Positions 32,173 through 43,589 of a stretch of DNA of 64,000 nucleotides are shown here, piece by piece; the stretch's first letter is position 1; each line of letters begins with the position of its first letter. The position numbers were made by a program, and so were the translations under genes. Source of the stretch: a bacterium (GTDB lineage: Bacteria; SZUA-182; DTGQ01); NCBI GenBank assembly GCA_040752695.1, contig JBFMGO010000015.1:12022-76021 (forward strand), in the 5' to 3' direction. Under the pieces are notes generated by a model. The model did no database searches, was not told the DNA's origin, and saw only the letters and a program-made list of their open reading frames with translations.

Positions 32173-33222
32173 ATGAAAAAAATAGTCGCCATAATGATGA
32201 GAGGCTTCCTTTCCGCAATAATAATTCTGTTCGTTGTTCATAGTGCAGCGGCAAAGATCACTTCTGATTTAGAGAAGAAGCCACCTAAAGAGAATACCAA
32301 AGAGAAGAGTGCTCCCTCTTCGAAGGATGATTCCGCCCAGGCAAAGGAGCATTTTCAAAAAGGCGTGGAATATTCCCGATCTGATAAAGCAGATCTGGCT
32401 ATCCTTGAATACCGCAAGGCATTGGAATTTGATCCTAACTTATCCCTGGCCTATGTGAATATCGGCATGAGCTATATTCAAAAGAAAGATTTTGATACTG
32501 CCGTGCAGGAATTGAAAAAGGCAATCGGAAGGGATCCGAAATTAAAAATTGCTCGTTTTAACCTCTGGTGGGCCTATCGGCAAAAGGGCAAGTACGATGA
32601 GGGAATCAGCGAGCTCAAAAAGGTCCTCGAGATAGATCCAAATGATGGTAATGCTTACCAAAACCTGGGAGACAGCTATCTGTCCGACAAGAAGGTGTTT
32701 CCTGATGCTATACGTGCCTATGCGAAAGGACTGGCTCTCAATAAGGAGAGCGTTGCACTCCGCCAGAAACTTGGCAAGGCGTACGAGCTCAACGGTGAGT
32801 GGAGTAAAGCTGTCGAGCAGTTTCAACAGGCTATAGATTTGAACAGGACTAATCTTTATAGTTATTTATTTCTTTATATTACACTTATGAAGACCAAGGA
32901 ACATGCCAAGGCACAAGAGGTTATCAAGAAGGGCCTTGCTGTCTTTCAGAGCGATCCCCTTCTGGCCGATTCGTCTTACAAAGATATCGCCCACCTTTTA
33001 GAGTATCTCTTGGGAAAATACCCTGAGAAGGATCTGTTGTCCATCAAAAACCCCATTATTGCATGCCAGGCCAGTTATTACATCGGGATGAATTATCTGT
33101 TTCAGAACAAGAGCAAAGAGGCTATCCAACATTTAGAAAAAGCGATTAATGACCAGATAAATTTCATTTCCGAATATGAATATGCAAAGATCGAGTTAGG
33201 GCTGATCCAGGTACAAAAATAA
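32173..33222 (+). CDS. Exported TPR protein with an NlpI-like C-terminus
   Basis: Signal peptide, several TPRs (YRKALEFDP, LKKVLEIDP), C-terminal CQASYYIG...EYEYAKIEL. Confidence 0.85.
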   Translation: MKKIVAIMMRGFLSAIIILFVVHSAAAKITSDLEKKPPKENTKEKSAPSSKDDSAQAKEHFQKGVEYSRSDKADLAILEYRKALEFDPNLSLAYVNIGMSYIQKKDFDTAVQELKKAIGRDPKLKIARFNLWWAYRQKGKYDEGISELKKVLEIDPNDGNAYQNLGDSYLSDKKVFPDAIRAYAKGLALNKESVALRQKLGKAYELNGEWSKAVEQFQQAIDLNRTNLYSYLFLYITLMKTKEHAKAQEVIKKGLAVFQSDPLLADSSYKDIAHLLEYLLGKYPEKDLLSIKNPIIACQASYYIGMNYLFQNKSKEAIQHLEKAINDQINFISEYEYAKIELGLIQVQK

Positions 33223-33493
33223 TACTGATAACATCGCCCTTTCCTTCCGATTTATAAATATCCAGAGGGAAAAGACTGACCATATGCCGAAAATCTGCCT
33301 TGAGGCAGGCTTTTAAGGGATATTCTCTCTGGGAAGAGGGAAGATTCGGAAAAATTGAAGCAGGGCTTGACAACCACCTGGACTTTCAAATAAGATGATC
33401 TCGACTAAAAGATCATCTTAATAGACAAAGAATGCGTACCTTGACATCCTTGGGGTGTAGGGAAAATACCCTGGATTGAAGGAGGAAAAGAAG

Positions 33494-33940
33494 ATGTTTG
33501 GCATAGGGACCGGAGAGCTTCTTATTATCCTTGTGGTAGCCCTGATCATTATCGGGCCAAACAAACTGCCGGAGTTAGCCAGAGTACTGGGCAGGGGTCT
33601 TGCGGAATTCAGAAAGGCCGCCGATGATCTGAAATATTCCGTATCGAAGGAAATGCATATTGAGGAGGAGAAACGCAAACTGGTGGATATCCAAAGCAGT
33701 CAGGTAATTAAGGAGACGGACAGTCAAGCAGAGAATAAAACGGAGGGTGTACAGACTGAAGGCAGATCTTCAGAGCCGGCGGCAGGAAATCCTGGTGAGC
33801 CAGGAGACGCTGGTGAGCACGTACATGGAGTTGGACACGTACATGGAGTTGAGTCAGTAAATCACTATGCGCCTGTGAAACCAACCGATGAGAAAGGAGA
33901 TAAACCCGAGGATGCTGAAAAACCAGAAGATATCCTTTGA
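33494..33940 (+). CDS. tatB: Twin-arginine translocase TatA/TatB subunit
   Basis: [30 protein letters not shown]; next to tatC. Confidence 0.88.
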   Translation: MFGIGTGELLIILVVALIIIGPNKLPELARVLGRGLAEFRKAADDLKYSVSKEMHIEEEKRKLVDIQSSQVIKETDSQAENKTEGVQTEGRSSEPAAGNPGEPGDAGEHVHGVGHVHGVESVNHYAPVKPTDEKGDKPEDAEKPEDIL

Positions 33941-34673
33941 TGATAAACTTCCCGTTACGCAGCACCTGGCTGAGATTCGTCATCGGCTGATTATTGTCCT
34001 CATTGTAGTGGCGGTTTTTTTTGCCATAGTCTATACCTTCTCAGAATATATCCTGGCCTTTATCAAAGGCCCTCTTCAGGATAGTGCGTGCGAATTTATC
34101 TTCACCTCTCCTACGGAAGTTTTTTACGCACATGTAAAGATGTCGTTTTTCGTTGCCATAGCTCTTTCAGCTCCCCTCATTTTTTATCAGATCTGGGCGT
34201 TTATCGCGCCTGGACTCCATCAAAGGGAAAAACAATACACTTTTCCCGTTATCATCTTTACCTCGGTATTTTTTATCATCGGCCTGATCTTTGGTTCTCT
34301 GGTTATCGTGCCGTATGGCATGCGATTTTTACTGACTTATAAGGTTTCGCCTGAATTGGTGTCGGCAAAAATCAAAATAAGTGAATATCTCGATTTTTAT
34401 GGCCTGACCGTATTAATCAACGGGGTTATTTTCGAGTTGCCATTTGTCGTTTTATTCCTTACCAAAGTTGGTCTGCTTACACCGGACATGCTGACCAGAA
34501 ATCATAAATGGGCTATTCTCGTCATTTTTATTGTCTCCGCGATTCTTACGCCTCCGGATATATTCTCCCAGTTTCTCATGGCTATTCCATTAGTCATTTT
34601 GTATGAAATCAGCATCGTAGGAAGCAAGCTTGTCCACTGGCAAAAACGAAAGTCGAGCGCAAGCGAAGCTTAG
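33912..34673 (+). CDS. tatC: Twin-arginine translocase TatC
   Basis: [36 protein letters not shown]. Confidence 0.96.
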   Translation: MLKNQKISFDDKLPVTQHLAEIRHRLIIVLIVVAVFFAIVYTFSEYILAFIKGPLQDSACEFIFTSPTEVFYAHVKMSFFVAIALSAPLIFYQIWAFIAPGLHQREKQYTFPVIIFTSVFFIIGLIFGSLVIVPYGMRFLLTYKVSPELVSAKIKISEYLDFYGLTVLINGVIFELPFVVLFLTKVGLLTPDMLTRNHKWAILVIFIVSAILTPPDIFSQFLMAIPLVILYEISIVGSKLVHWQKRKSSASEA

Positions 34674-34750
34674 CCCGGCAGGCAAATCCTTTACGGAATT
34701 GACATACTGTTTGCATCAATAACCTGAAGAAAAAGAGAGGAAGTCTTGTT

Positions 34751-35839
34751 ATGAGTCACAAAATTACCCTGATTCCCGGAGATGGCATTGGCCCGGAGAT
34801 CAGCCAGGCTACCAGGATGGTCCTGGAAGCGACCGGGGTTTCTTTCGATTGGGAAGTCGTCCATGCCGGAGCCGAGGTGATGGACCGATACGGCACACCG
34901 CTGCCGAATGAGGTTTTGGAATCCATCCGCAGGAATAAGGTGGCCATCAAAGGACCGATCACGACTCCGGTCGGGAGCGGTTTTCGCAGTGTAAACGTTG
35001 CCCTTCGCAAGGAGTTGAATTTATATGCGTGCTTGCGCCCCTGCAAGACCTACCCCGGTGTCCGGTCCAAATATCAGGATATCGATCTGGTCATTGTCCG
35101 GGAAAATACCGAGGATTTATATGCAGGGATCGAGTTTGAACAGGGCAGCCCGGATACCCTTAAGCTTATCCAGCTTGTCAATCAGGCTAAAGGGCTCAGT
35201 ATCAGTGAAGATTCGGGAATCAGCCTTAAAAATATTTCGGTCAGGGCCACGGAGAGAATCGTGCATTATGCCTTTTTGTATGCACGGGAAAACAATCGCC
35301 GGAAAGTGACCATTATCCATAAGGCCAATATTCTTAAGTACTCGGATGGACTTTTCCTAAAGGTTGGCCGCCAGGTGGCGGAGCATTATCCGGACATCGA
35401 AGCGGAAGACCGCATTGTGGATAACATCTGTATGCAACTGGTCCAGAAGCCGCACCTGTATGATGTGCTCGTTTTGCCTAACCTCTATGGGGATATCATC
35501 TCCGACCTTGGAGCAGGACTCGTCGGCGGACTGGGTCTGTCGCCAGGGGCCAATATCGGGGATGGAGTGGCTGTTTTCGAGCCTACACACGGCAGCGCAC
35601 CAAAATATAAAGGCATGAACAAGGTCAACCCCATGGCCATGATGCTTTCGGGGGTTTTGATGCTGCGCTACCTGAAAGAGCTGGATGCTGCGGACCGGCT
35701 GGAAAAGGCTATTGCCGCCGTGATTCGAAAAGGAGAGAGGGTAACCTATGATTTATTACCCGATCTGGATATGCAAAAGGCGGCATCCACCTCTGATGTG
35801 GCTGAGGCAGTAATCCAGGTCCTTGCATCGTTATCGTGA
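34751..35839 (+). CDS. icd: Isocitrate dehydrogenase (NAD-type, isocitrate/isopropylmalate family)
   Basis: [53 protein letters not shown]; adjacent to mdh. Confidence 0.88.
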   Translation: MSHKITLIPGDGIGPEISQATRMVLEATGVSFDWEVVHAGAEVMDRYGTPLPNEVLESIRRNKVAIKGPITTPVGSGFRSVNVALRKELNLYACLRPCKTYPGVRSKYQDIDLVIVRENTEDLYAGIEFEQGSPDTLKLIQLVNQAKGLSISEDSGISLKNISVRATERIVHYAFLYARENNRRKVTIIHKANILKYSDGLFLKVGRQVAEHYPDIEAEDRIVDNICMQLVQKPHLYDVLVLPNLYGDIISDLGAGLVGGLGLSPGANIGDGVAVFEPTHGSAPKYKGMNKVNPMAMMLSGVLMLRYLKELDAADRLEKAIAAVIRKGERVTYDLLPDLDMQKAASTSDVAEAVIQVLASLS

Positions 35840-35888
35840 AACCCATTAAGACCCGCTAATGGAAAGAGTCAAAAAGAGTGAGGGAAAT

Positions 35889-36848
35889 ATGCAGAAAGAG
35901 AAAATTGCCATCATCGGTGCCGGGCATGTAGGTGCCACTACGGCTTATCTGTGCAGTTTGCAGGAACTTGGCGAGGTGGTACTGGTCGATATCGTTGAAG
36001 GACTTGCTCAGGGTAAGGCCCTGGATATCGAGCAGTCTCTCGCCGTTCTCCAGCGTGACACCACCATTACGGGAACGACCGACATTTCTCAAATAGCCGG
36101 CTCCAGGGTGGTGGTGATCACTGCCGGTCTTGCCCGCAAGCCCGGCATGAGCCGGGATGATCTGGTAAAGGTCAATGGTGAAATCATCCGCGGTATTGCA
36201 GAAAAAGTAGCTGCCTCCGCTCCCGACGCCATCATTATCAATGTTACCAACCCCATGGACGCTATGACCTATCTTGTGCAAAAGGTGAGCCAGATTCCAT
36301 CGCACAGGGTGCTGGGAATGGGGGGAGTTTTGGACAGCGGCCGGTTCGCAGCCGCGATCGCCCGGAAAACCAATGTATCGACAAGCCAGATATTCGCCCT
36401 GGCCATTGGCATGCATGGAGATTTAATGGTGCCCCTGCCGCGACATTCCACCATCTACGGTCAACCCCTGCCATCGGTGCTTTCCCACGATGCAATCGAG
36501 GATTTGATCAGCCAGACCATACACGGCGGAGCCAGGATCGTCAAGCTCCTTCAAACCGGCAGCGCCTATATCGCTCCGGCAGCGGCTATCGTGGAAATGC
36601 TGCGGTGCATTCTGCATGACAGAAAGAAAATTCTTCCCTGTGCAGCTTATCTTCAGGGTGAATACGGGCAGAGAGACATTTATCTTGGGGTTCCGATACG
36701 CCTGGGCTCCCATGGGCTTGAAAAGATCGTGGAACTGGAACTGGATCCTTCGGAAAAAACAGCCTTCGAGCGGTCTGCCGAATCGGTAAGGGGAATGATT
36801 CAGGTGCTGAAAAATTCGTCCATTCTTCCAGGGCAGCATCTGAAATAA
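35889..36848 (+). CDS. mdh: Malate dehydrogenase (LDH-like)
   Basis: GAGHVG, TAGLARKPGMSRDDL, VTNPMD, LDSGRF, HGD. Confidence 0.95.
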   Translation: MQKEKIAIIGAGHVGATTAYLCSLQELGEVVLVDIVEGLAQGKALDIEQSLAVLQRDTTITGTTDISQIAGSRVVVITAGLARKPGMSRDDLVKVNGEIIRGIAEKVAASAPDAIIINVTNPMDAMTYLVQKVSQIPSHRVLGMGGVLDSGRFAAAIARKTNVSTSQIFALAIGMHGDLMVPLPRHSTIYGQPLPSVLSHDAIEDLISQTIHGGARIVKLLQTGSAYIAPAAAIVEMLRCILHDRKKILPCAAYLQGEYGQRDIYLGVPIRLGSHGLEKIVELELDPSEKTAFERSAESVRGMIQVLKNSSILPGQHLK

Positions 36849-36908
36849 AAGGGGCGGTTGTCATTTATCATTAATTAATATATGAAACTCTCATAGCATG
36901 GAGGAGCA

Positions 36909-37328
36909 ATGGAAAAAACACTTATTATGGTTAAGCCTGATGGCGTAATCAAGGGTTCTGTCGGGAAGGTCTTGACCCACTTTGAAGAAAAAGGATTGAA
37001 GATTGTCGCAGCCAGGATGGTGTACCTCAGTAAAGATGATGCCAAAAAGTTCTATTTTGTCCATCGTGAGCGGCCCTTCTATGATTCTTTGACCGATTTC
37101 ATGTCCTCTGCCCCAATTCTGGCGGCAGTTCTGGAAGGGGAAAACGCCATCAGCCGCGTTCGGGAGATTATGGGAGCAACCAACCCGAAAGATGCCAAGC
37201 CGGGAACGATCCGCAGCACTCTGGCGGAAAACGTAGAACGAAATGTCGTGCATGGATCAGACTCGCCGGAGTCGGCAGCCTGTGAAATCCCCTTCTTCTT
37301 CAACCAACTGGAGTTATGCTCGTATTAA
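36909..37328 (+). CDS. ndk: Nucleoside diphosphate kinase
   Basis: KPDG, PGTIR, NVVHGSDS. Confidence 0.98.
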   Translation: MEKTLIMVKPDGVIKGSVGKVLTHFEEKGLKIVAARMVYLSKDDAKKFYFVHRERPFYDSLTDFMSSAPILAAVLEGENAISRVREIMGATNPKDAKPGTIRSTLAENVERNVVHGSDSPESAACEIPFFFNQLELCSY

Positions 37329-37346
37329 CTCCTTCGAGATAAAAAG

Positions 37347-38282
37347 ATGAAAAAGGGAATAACAATTGTTGCACTCTTAGCAGTGCTCATCACCCTGTAT
37401 GAGGTAGCGGACTTTCTTACCCATGGAAATATCATAGGCTATTTTTTTCAAAAAAAAGCCTCGGTTTTTCAATCTGCGTCTGATTTTACTCCCAAATACC
37501 TGGGGCTGTGGACACAGGGCGGATTGGAAATCCAAAAGTGCCGTGTGGGCAGTGTGCTTGATTTCACCGGCCTTGATCCTGCTGCGATTGTAAAGCAGGG
37601 ATCACGGCTGATCTATGCAAAGAGTGATGGGAGTAATGTCGATGCATTGATGCTGACCCGCCTGGAGTGGTCGGAATCGAAAGAGGTATATATGGAAGGG
37701 GACACCATTCCCTTTCATATTGCCCCTGGGTATAAAATGAAACCCAATATGTATGAGATCATTTTCGATCCTGTTTTGAGGCAAGGCTATTATGCCTTGC
37801 ATTTTGGACAGAATACGGCTGGTTATGCCTATGGGTTCATCGTTATTGATGATGCCGAGGAATCCCGATATACTGATGCGATAGGGGTCTGTGAAAATTT
37901 CTGGAAATATCTGCTGGCCGAAAAGTATTCGAAGCTGTCAGACCTTTTGAGCAGCGACTTGGCCGGAAGAGGCTCCGCTCAGGGAGCTGAACCTGCAAAG
38001 TTCAGAAGCGAAATTTTGGACAAGGTGCTCATAGCCATTAAGGGGAAATGTGAGCAGACAGACCCCTTTTGGGTGAACTTCCCTCAATATGAGGCCAAAA
38101 AAGACACACTGGAATACTCGCCTGCCCTCAGGCTGGACAAAATCCGGCCTATCAATGCAGTGAGGGGCAAGATCGTGATACCATATGAGGTGAACGTCAT
38201 CTCGGATAAGCAAACCCGCAGCGGAGCGGAGGCGGATATAGAGGTAATGGATGGGAAAATAAGCGGCTACGAGATCTTTTAA
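37347..38282 (+). CDS. Hypothetical protein with N-terminal membrane anchor
   Basis: 311-aa ORF co-oriented after ndk; no family recognised. Confidence 0.7.
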   Translation: MKKGITIVALLAVLITLYEVADFLTHGNIIGYFFQKKASVFQSASDFTPKYLGLWTQGGLEIQKCRVGSVLDFTGLDPAAIVKQGSRLIYAKSDGSNVDALMLTRLEWSESKEVYMEGDTIPFHIAPGYKMKPNMYEIIFDPVLRQGYYALHFGQNTAGYAYGFIVIDDAEESRYTDAIGVCENFWKYLLAEKYSKLSDLLSSDLAGRGSAQGAEPAKFRSEILDKVLIAIKGKCEQTDPFWVNFPQYEAKKDTLEYSPALRLDKIRPINAVRGKIVIPYEVNVISDKQTRSGAEADIEVMDGKISGYEIF

Positions 38283-38367
38283 TATATTTATCTGAAGGTA
38301 TTGGCTTTTATAAGAACTTGTAGTTGATCACCTTGACAGAAGTTTTTGTGATACCTTGGAGCCCAGA

Positions 38368-38802
38368 ATGGCCAAAGTCGTTGATTTCTCTGGTGCCAGC
38401 AAACGGCATTACCATGATGCAGAACTGCTTTTAACAAATAGTCGAATTCCTAATGCCGGGCATCTCTTCGGATTTGCCGCAGAATGTGGCATAAAGGCAT
38501 TATTGGTTTCTTATGGGTTGCAGGTTGATAAAACAACCGGGGATATTATTGAAAAGAAACCTTTTAAATACAAAACACATATCAATGTTCTCATAAACAA
38601 TGTGCAAACCTTCCCAGGCAGCCCAGCATATTTCCAGTACGTACAAATGATGCCCAAGCTTATGGCATTCTCAAATTGGCATACAAGCCATCGGTATCAC
38701 GAGGAATCTTCTATTCCGGGTTCACATAATAATTGGCATGAAGCCGCAAAGGAAGTTATAAAAATGCTCGATCAGGCACTGGCTGACGGGGTGATCGTAT
38801 GA
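38368..38802 (+). CDS. HEPN-like domain protein
   Basis: Helical pattern RHYHDAELLL...AGHLFGFAAECGIKALL...TH...W..SHRY typical of HEPN. Confidence 0.65.
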   Translation: MAKVVDFSGASKRHYHDAELLLTNSRIPNAGHLFGFAAECGIKALLVSYGLQVDKTTGDIIEKKPFKYKTHINVLINNVQTFPGSPAYFQYVQMMPKLMAFSNWHTSHRYHEESSIPGSHNNWHEAAKEVIKMLDQALADGVIV

Positions 38803-40130
38803 GAAAAAAGATTATTTTTTTCAATGATATATTAAAAAATACGGCAGACATCTTGTCAAAGCTATCATTCAAAGAAGCTCCACTCATTATTCGCGACATT
38901 TACGGACGTATTCGCCTGGCCTTTGATCGAGAAGGTAAGGATATTCGGGAATACGAGGAAGCAATTGTTAAAGAATGGAGTAATCTCGGATCTTATGGAG
39001 AACACGAAGGTAAAAAAGTTCTCTCAAGAGATGATTTTTTCGATCCTGATAGTATATTCAAGAGTGCCGATATCCTCGATTATCAGGTTCCGGAAACTGG
39101 AAATACGATTAGAATTCTCGACCGGCCAATTACTGGCCAAGATTGGACTCGCCTTGCTTCTTCGGACATTACCCGGATTGGTGGGACATCGCGGCTGGTT
39201 TTCTATGGACTTAAGGGCGGCGTCGGTCGATCAACGGCTATGGCTATTCTGGCTTATCACCTGGCAAAGAAAGGAAAAGACGTTCTCCTTATTGACTTTG
39301 ATCTCGAATCTCCCGGTTTGTCCGGGTTGATGCTGCCACCCGATCGCATGGCAGAATTCGGCATCGTAGATTGGTTTGTTGAAGACGCGATTGGGCAGGG
39401 GAATGAAATACTTCCGGCCATGATGTCGATCTGTCCCCTATCGCAGGCGGAAGGGGTAACGGGCAAAATTCACGTCGCGGCAGCATCAGGAATGAATGAA
39501 CCCGCCTACCTTGCCAAACTTTCCCGCGTATACGCGGATATACCCGGCAAGGAGGGAGGCATAGAGCGCTTTCCAGAACGTATGGTCAGGCTTGTAAAAG
39601 CCCTTGAAGAACAGGTAAAACCAGATGTTATTCTAATTGACAGCCGAGCCGGACTGCATGATCTTGCTGCTGTGAGTGTTGTCGGCCTTGGAACAAAAAC
39701 CTTTCTTTTTGCTGTCAATTCGGCTCAGACGTGGCAGGGATATCGCCTGTTATTCTCCCATTGGCAGTTTTATCCCGCTATTGCAATAAAAGTAAGGGAA
39801 CACCTAAAAATTGTCGGGACCCTTTTCCCGGAGACGAATCAGGAATCGCACGCCCGCAGTTTCCTGGAACATTCCTATGACCTTTTTTCCTCAACTCTTT
39901 ATGATGAAATTCCACCTGGCAGTGATAGCCTGAGTCCTGATGTCTTCAACTTCGATATAGGTGATCCTGAAGCTCCCCATTACCCGCTCCGTATCAAGTG
40001 GAATGCTCGTTTTCAGGAGTTCAGTGTGAATCTCTTATCCGAAAAAATTCTTACCCATGCCGATATTGAGGCGGCCTACGGTGATTTTTTGTCCGGTGCG
40101 GAATTACTCATTGAGGAAGAATACCTATGA
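38799..40130 (+). CDS. ParA/MinD-like ATPase with deviant Walker A (KGGVGRS)
   Basis: FYGLKGGVGRST, LLIDFDLESPG, ILIDSRAGLHD; ATGA overlap with the upstream gene. Confidence 0.85.
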   Translation: MRKKIIFFNDILKNTADILSKLSFKEAPLIIRDIYGRIRLAFDREGKDIREYEEAIVKEWSNLGSYGEHEGKKVLSRDDFFDPDSIFKSADILDYQVPETGNTIRILDRPITGQDWTRLASSDITRIGGTSRLVFYGLKGGVGRSTAMAILAYHLAKKGKDVLLIDFDLESPGLSGLMLPPDRMAEFGIVDWFVEDAIGQGNEILPAMMSICPLSQAEGVTGKIHVAAASGMNEPAYLAKLSRVYADIPGKEGGIERFPERMVRLVKALEEQVKPDVILIDSRAGLHDLAAVSVVGLGTKTFLFAVNSAQTWQGYRLLFSHWQFYPAIAIKVREHLKIVGTLFPETNQESHARSFLEHSYDLFSSTLYDEIPPGSDSLSPDVFNFDIGDPEAPHYPLRIKWNARFQEFSVNLLSEKILTHADIEAAYGDFLSGAELLIEEEYL

Positions 40131-41605
40131 AAAATCCTTTCCCAAGAGAAGAAACAAGACAGGCATTGCAGGATGCGTTGCCCGATACTGACCAGGCAGA
40201 CTCAACACCGCAACAGGCAGCCCAGTTTACTTATGTTCCGCCAGGCCACGCGCTTGCATTGGATCCTGCAAATCCGATTGTCGAGGGGATTAGGGGCGCA
40301 GGAAAAAGCTTCTGGTGGGCTGCACTCAATTCGGAATCACACCGGCTGTTTGTTGCTTCGGCTTTTCCGAAGGCGAAAATCGACAATAATATTATACCCT
40401 CACAAGGTTTCGGGGGCAGTCCCTCTCCTGCCATGTATCCTGGTAAGGATACCATTGCAGGACTAGCGAATGAATTCGATGCGAGGCACATATGGCGGGC
40501 TATTATTGCTGCTCATATACAATTACCTGCTCCATTTCCTCAACAAAGCATAAACTGGCAGGAGAGAGTACGATGGGGGAAAGAACATCCAGAAGAACTT
40601 GATAATTTGCTCTATAAGAAAAATGAGGAACTTACACAACAAAACAAAGTCAGACTGATCCTTTTCGATGCACTTGATCGGCTCGCTGACGATTGGGCTG
40701 CTATCAGACCTCTTGCACGATCCCTATTTCAAGTGGCGCTTGACTTTCGGGGGTATCGGAACATTCGTCTGAAAATATTTGTACGTCCCGATATGCTTGA
40801 AGATAGAGATATCCTGGCGTTCCCTGACTCTTCCAAGCTGCTGGCTGGCAAGACCGAGCTTGTCTGGCATCGTGCCGATTTTTACGCCCTGGTATTCCAG
40901 TGCCTGGGAAACGCAGAACCAGGGGGAGATACGTTCAGAAATCATTGCCACAGCGAATTTGGTTTATCCTGGAACCGTGCCGCAGATAACATCGCTTGGG
41001 TGCTTCCAGGTGATTTGCGCACCGATGAGAGCCTTCAGAAAGAAGTATTTCACGCTATCGCAGGTCCGGCTATGGCAAAAGGAACCAGCGGCCACAAGCG
41101 AGGGTATCCTTACACCTGGCTTCCTAATCACCTGATGGATGGGAGAAACCAGGTGAGCCCCCGCAGTTTCTGCGCTGCCCTGCGCCTCGCCTCCCGGCAG
41201 GATGTACTCAAGGATTGGAAATATCCCCTTGATTATAAGGCTATCCAGGCTGGTGTCAAGGAAGCTTCCCGTATTCGTGTTAATGAAATTCATGAGGATT
41301 ATCCCTGGATAGCGAAAGTCATATCCCCTTTGCGGAATAAAATTACTGTTCCCTGCGCGGTAAGCGATATTATTACCCTCTGGAAAGATGAACGTGTTAT
41401 TGATGAATTGAGAAGTGGAATAGAAGCGGGCGATATTGTTAAGCTGCCACCTCAGCATATCGATGAAGGCGCTAAGGGTGTTCTGAGAGATTTGGAAACG
41501 CTGGGTATCATTCAGTTTCTTTCAAACAATCGTATTCAAATGCCCGACGTTTATCGAATTGCTTTCAGCCTTGGCCGCAAAGGAGGCGTTAAACCTTTAA
41601 GGTAA
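40127..41605 (+). CDS. P-loop NTPase (STAND-like/Sll1717-like) with C-terminal winged helix
   Basis: GIRGAGKS Walker A, LILFDALD Walker B, SPR motif, LETLGII; ATGA overlap. Confidence 0.78.
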   Translation: MKNPFPREETRQALQDALPDTDQADSTPQQAAQFTYVPPGHALALDPANPIVEGIRGAGKSFWWAALNSESHRLFVASAFPKAKIDNNIIPSQGFGGSPSPAMYPGKDTIAGLANEFDARHIWRAIIAAHIQLPAPFPQQSINWQERVRWGKEHPEELDNLLYKKNEELTQQNKVRLILFDALDRLADDWAAIRPLARSLFQVALDFRGYRNIRLKIFVRPDMLEDRDILAFPDSSKLLAGKTELVWHRADFYALVFQCLGNAEPGGDTFRNHCHSEFGLSWNRAADNIAWVLPGDLRTDESLQKEVFHAIAGPAMAKGTSGHKRGYPYTWLPNHLMDGRNQVSPRSFCAALRLASRQDVLKDWKYPLDYKAIQAGVKEASRIRVNEIHEDYPWIAKVISPLRNKITVPCAVSDIITLWKDERVIDELRSGIEAGDIVKLPPQHIDEGAKGVLRDLETLGIIQFLSNNRIQMPDVYRIAFSLGRKGGVKPLR

Positions 41606-41662
41606 TCTACTGTCGCGAAAGATTGGGGGATTGCTTTGTCTCCTGTCCTTCTTACGATTTTT

Positions 41663-43360
41663 CTACCACCAGAGAAAATTGATCATTCCGCCAATGGTTA
41701 TAGCCACAGCTACCATGATGAGCGAGGCTTTGATCATATCTTTCAATCCCAGTTCCTTGAGCAGGATAAAGAACGTGGCCACACAGGGAAAGTAAACCGT
41801 CAGTATGGTCGAAGCAGTGACTAACTGTTTTACGGAGAGGTGCAAAGGCTCCAGCATTCCCACGGCCACATCTTTTCTCAAGAATCCGATGATCATGGCT
41901 GGCACGACCTCCTGAGGAAGGCCCCAAACCTTTGTCGCTACCGGTGCAGCCACAAGGCTGATGAATTTCATGACACCGATGGCATTCAAAACATTAATGA
42001 TAAAAATGCCGAGCAGCACCAGGGGCACGGCCTCGTCTAAAAATTCGAATACCCGCACCCTCAGTTTTTTAATGAGAGCACCGAGGTGCGGCACATGGTA
42101 AGAGGGAATTTCCATGAAGATTTCGGGGCTTCCGCCTTTGAGGACCTTGTCCAGGATTGTGCCGGTCACGATGCCGATGGCCATTAATATCCCATAGACC
42201 AAAAAGACATAAACAAGTCCGTACCTTCCGACCAGACCGATAATCATGGCACTCTGGGCCATGCAGGGCACCGAGATGCACAAAAGGGTCGAGGCGATGA
42301 ATTTTTCTCTCCGCGTTTCCAAAACACGGGTAGATAGGGCGCCGGGAACATTGCATCCAAGGCCCAGGACAATCGAGATGATGGCAAAGCCGTGCAACCC
42401 TACCCGGTGCATGATGGTATCGGCCAGAACCGCCAGCCGCGGAAGGTATCCCACATCCTCCAGAATGCCAAGAATAAGGTAAAAAGAGAAAATATAGGGA
42501 AGCACCATTCCAAGGGGCACATAAAGCCCTGTGGTTAGAAGCCCCAGAGATTCGATAAAGTTGGTCGAATTCCCGATCAGAATATTGTACATCATCCCTG
42601 AAGGGAAGGCGATTTTTACCAGCCTGATAATCCAGGGGCCATAAACCCGGTAGAAAAAAGGGTCCATAACGTAATGGATCAGTGATTCTCCCAGAAATCG
42701 AATGATGGCAAAACAGAGGAGTAAGATCAGGATGGCAAGAGGAATTCCGGTATGGGGCATGAGGCTGGCATCGCTAATTTTCTCTAAGAAGGTATGGTGG
42801 CGATGGGTGATAAGCTGGACATCCATGATGATTTTCCCGATATCGACCCATCGCTCTTCATCGGAGTGCTGACGAACGTGAGGAGCCCTGGCCTGGCTGA
42901 TATGGGCCACCAGTTCCTTAATGCCTTCTCCAGCCACGGCAACTGTCGGAATAATCGGGACCTGCAAAAACTCTCTCAATTTTTCAAGGTCAAGATTGAT
43001 CCCCTTGTGTTTGACATCGTCCCACATATTCAGAGCCAGAACCATGGGGATGCCCCGCTCCATCAACTGCATGGTGAGGTAGAGGCTTCGCTCCAGGTTG
43101 GTGGCGTCCACGACATTGATGATAATGTCTCCCTCAGCCAGCATCTTTACCGCCACTTCATCCGCCCTGGACAGGGGCTCGAGGCGGTAAATGCCGGGAA
43201 CGTCGATTATTTCGGCTTCATTTCCTTCGATCCATATTCGCCCTTTCGTGAATCCTACCGTAGTACCGGGATAGTTGGAAGATACCACATGGGCACCGGT
43301 AAGGCGGGAAAAAATAACGCTCTTACCTACATTCGGGTTGCCCATGAGCAGGATCTTCAT
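41663..43360 (-). CDS. feoB: Ferrous iron transporter FeoB
   Basis: GNPNVGKS, NYPGTTV, DVPG, NMWD, LEDVGYLPR, GLGCNVP, YFPCVAT. Confidence 0.95.
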   Translation of the reverse strand: MKILLMGNPNVGKSVIFSRLTGAHVVSSNYPGTTVGFTKGRIWIEGNEAEIIDVPGIYRLEPLSRADEVAVKMLAEGDIIINVVDATNLERSLYLTMQLMERGIPMVLALNMWDDVKHKGINLDLEKLREFLQVPIIPTVAVAGEGIKELVAHISQARAPHVRQHSDEERWVDIGKIIMDVQLITHRHHTFLEKISDASLMPHTGIPLAILILLLCFAIIRFLGESLIHYVMDPFFYRVYGPWIIRLVKIAFPSGMMYNILIGNSTNFIESLGLLTTGLYVPLGMVLPYIFSFYLILGILEDVGYLPRLAVLADTIMHRVGLHGFAIISIVLGLGCNVPGALSTRVLETRREKFIASTLLCISVPCMAQSAMIIGLVGRYGLVYVFLVYGILMAIGIVTGTILDKVLKGGSPEIFMEIPSYHVPHLGALIKKLRVRVFEFLDEAVPLVLLGIFIINVLNAIGVMKFISLVAAPVATKVWGLPQEVVPAMIIGFLRKDVAVGMLEPLHLSVKQLVTASTILTVYFPCVATFFILLKELGLKDMIKASLIMVAVAITIGGMINFLWW

Positions 43361-43589
43361 CCACCACCTCCAGGAAAATTTTCCGGGCCATACCCATCCC
43401 GATAGCTACCAGAGTATTATCAACTTCAACCACTACCGGGCTGTTCAGGATCGATTTGCCGATTTTTTTTATTCGTTTCCCGATCCGGAAATTCAAAGAA
43501 TTCATTTTGGCCTGAAATTGAGCTCCTTCACCCAACTGTCTGATAACACCGATCGTATTAATTTTCATTTCCGCGAGAGAAATCATCAT
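43323..43589 (-). CDS. feoA: FeoA family protein
   Basis: SH3-like PVVVEVDNTLVAIGMGMARKI; directly upstream of feoB. Confidence 0.9.
   Translation of the reverse strand: MMISLAEMKINTIGVIRQLGEGAQFQAKMNSLNFRIGKRIKKIGKSILNSPVVVEVDNTLVAIGMGMARKIFLEVVDEDPAHGQPECR

Noticed and set aside
38799..40130. Chromosome or plasmid partition ParA
   Set aside because: No parB or parS, deviant Walker A, long extensions and coupling to HEPN and ATPase genes
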